DNA of 64,000 nucleotides from Chlamydiota bacterium (GTDB lineage Bacteria; Chlamydiota; Chlamydiia; Chlamydiales; JACKPQ01): NCBI GenBank assembly GCA_021772435.1, contig JAJFLZ010000048.1, positions 15,449 to 79,448 of the forward strand, read 5' to 3'. Shown piece by piece: positions 63,201 to 64,000 of this stretch (position 1 is its first letter; each line of letters starts with the position of its first letter). The notes under the pieces were generated by a model. It saw only the letters and a program-made list of their open reading frames with translations, ran no database searches and was not told where the DNA came from. The position numbers and the translations under genes were made by a program.

Positions 63201-64000
63201 TTTCACTACGATCCCTGCGGAAACAAAACCTCCCAGACCAGCCAATTTTCCGACAAAACCGTCACCAAAACCTGGGAATACAACTCACTTAATCAGCTGA
63301 TCACCCTCCTCGATCCCCATGGAAAAGAAACGACCTATACCTACACTTCCGATGGCCAGCTCGAGACTCTCACCAAACCTGACGGCAAGACTATTACCTA
63401 CACCTACAACGGACTTGGTTGGCAGACCTCCATTAAAGCCCCAGGCTGCCACTACACCCTTACCCACGACCTCCTTGGCAACATCACCAAATCCATAGAC
63501 CATATCCACAAACAAACCACCATCCGCACCTATAACCACTTCGGTCAGTTGCTCACCGAGACCCTAGCCAACGGTCTTTCTACCAAGCGCATCTACGATG
63601 CACTTGGCCGCAAAACCCGCCTCTACCTGCCCCAAGCCACCGTCCAGTATGACTACGATCCCTATCACCTCATCCAAGTTGCCCGCCTATCAGCCCAAAA
63701 CGAGCCCCTCTACGCCCACACCTACGACGCCTACGACCTTAGCCACAATCTCCTTCAAGAAAACGGCACCACTACCTATACCTATGATTTACTTTCCCGT
63801 CGTATTGGTATCGAGACCCCCGCCATAACCCAGTCCCTGCCCCACATCGACCCCAACGGCAATGTCTACACCTATGTCCGCAACGATGAAGTGACCAGCT
63901 ATGACTACGACGCACTTAACCAGCTTACCTATGAAAACGACACCGCCTACACCCACGATGCGCATCACAACCGCACCTCCAAAAACGACATTTCCATTTC
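60246..64000 (+). CDS. Rhs/YD-repeat protein with signal peptide, partial (continues past window end)
   Basis: The ATG is at 60246 (MRKLLLFLLPFFLFAQQ). The frame appears open to 64000: I checked the first ~110 codons and a stretch near 62040, and the ORF track lists no ORF of 60 aa or more in this frame. There are many YD units, for example YTYDKRGRLKTQTDPLGRERAIEYDANDNP. Confidence 0.9.
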   Translation, partial: MRKLLLFLLPFFLFAQQENPYETAVFGGEPSSIVAGCVSAITGEFFVNAEDLVVRGYEPIRVQRRYYSRSGRGSFAGWSYSFNHLYAYSTLGNWIQAREKSGVQVTYYRDAGSHYKPIQNIGGLSNCSMGELSARLNIYNNRAVLSKSKKEITVQGADGSTRRYVTQVAVDKIKGMYPGSIPYELVYESLPNGNQIYYQWMDLHEKRELQTVKTVSPKGKVFAQVNFSYDQPDKKHLFSTTVTTSDQREVCYQFDPHFKHKKKRQHLLKSVTFSDRPQERYDYWAAERAGVLLSWKRLPRDRNLNIHHYCLGENKGFNINVKVDDFQYKKTKILNHPVGEDATPVPSHRFFYTPGKYKEKGGHTDVYDAYKNLTRYRYDKNFRLTRIEHCIGKTEVFSQELYEWDDRGWLHKKTLLGRDRQPVFKYVYHYDQKGNVFQTDQTGNFTGRGGEETFSIERTFYPNLLLETETLPNGIIITYHYLTDTDLLTLKKTAYPDQTYLREIYEYQDGIRTKEFIDDGSSDDPQDLTEVTQRLFKTIIPKEGTFYGFPEQIIEGFYDLSAHQEVHLKTQKLAYYPNGLIKSIRVFDSKDKERYTLSYTYDKRGRLKTQTDPLGRERAIEYDANDNPIIDNDPNENFSTKTSFDHSNRPYKAEQIHPSATQAMTCRYNRLSQKISTTDNQGNTTHITYDPFGHPTETRLPAVQGKHPTIKNTYDALGKPLTHTDPRGHTTHTAYTCRGKPYHIIHPNRDEEHYEYTLEGHLEKHTSPGGTETHYTHDAQGRITSKTTTKNGEELSKESYNYNTFHLTRYTASDGVKTRYTYNGAGQKIQEQTKDRITTYAYDPLGRLEKTVRGPQVHIQKYDLLDRVVLEEERDLEENLYGYTIYTYDDFSNQKTLTKEVHIGKATEIFEYDPFRRQILHTDPLGHTTKTTYDDHHQDTHGQTVIKKATYDPLGHKTVEIHDPLGRLATLEKYSNKEELLLREVFHYDPCGNKTSQTSQFSDKTVTKTWEYNSLNQLITLLDPHGKETTYTYTSDGQLETLTKPDGKTITYTYNGLGWQTSIKAPGCHYTLTHDLLGNITKSIDHIHKQTTIRTYNHFGQLLTETLANGLSTKRIYDALGRKTRLYLPQATVQYDYDPYHLIQVARLSAQNEPLYAHTYDAYDLSHNLLQENGTTTYTYDLLSRRIGIETPAITQSLPHIDPNGNVYTYVRNDEVTSYDYDALNQLTYENDTAYTHDAHHNRTSKNDISI

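Noticed and set aside
62034-63828. Multiple 60-124-aa ORFs on both strands within the Rhs gene (for example 62034..62366 -, 62871..63245 -, 62974..63300 +).
   Set aside because: These are off-frame or antisense readings of the repetitive, C/A-rich YD-repeat coding sequence. They give G/V-rich or P/T-rich low-complexity products. The YD-repeat frame is continuous and motif-supported.
1-64000. Looked for CRISPR arrays, rRNA genes, intact prophage or intact IS elements.
   Set aside because: I found no regularly spaced direct repeats with unique spacers and no rRNA-like conserved segments. The only transposase sequence is the truncated IS4 remnant at 41044..41532.

Overview
This 64-kb window looks like a member of the phylum Chlamydiae, probably an environmental or amoeba-associated lineage rather than Chlamydia sensu stricto. 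The call rests on gene content and order. Positions 1-21.7 kb carry the block malQ / scc1-like chaperone / copN / sctV(cdsV) / sctU(cdsU) / ychF / ribF / truB / rbfA / infB / nusA / rpsA, all on the minus strand. A second housekeeping block, rpe-yvcK-HAD-efp-accB-accC, sits at 25-30 kb. Other core genes are surE, an SSF symporter, a PP-loop ATPase, tkt, trmH, adk and four tRNAs (Asp, Val, Thr, Tyr). Interleaved with this backbone is a dense accessory layer of eukaryote-like genes. These include a tail-anchored RING-H2 protein, a U-box protein, a SET-domain protein, a SPRY/B30.2-like protein and an RNI-type LRR protein. They also include two GT32 DXD glycosyltransferases, a GT10 fucosyltransferase and a large signal-peptide-bearing Rhs/YD-repeat protein that runs off the window end. 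The strongest candidate for an undescribed system is a compact island at about 30.9-36.6 kb. It encodes four paralogous sulfotransferase-fold proteins, an FkbM-type methyltransferase, a GT32 glycosyltransferase and a Nudix hydrolase, each with an N-terminal hydrophobic signal or anchor. Non-coding findings are as follows. Arrays of the palindromic heptamer TGA(G/C)TCA occur at two unrelated loci, and there are two families of MITE-like palindromic elements. The RING gene is bracketed by a Campbell-type partial duplication of ribF. A 160-bp palindrome begins inside the 3' end of tRNA-Tyr. A GC-rich multi-hairpin element lies between rpsA and lysC, and there is a structured leader upstream of an outer-membrane barrel gene. 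No rRNA, CRISPR array or intact IS element was seen. All functional calls come from motif recognition by eye on the supplied translations, and no database search was run.
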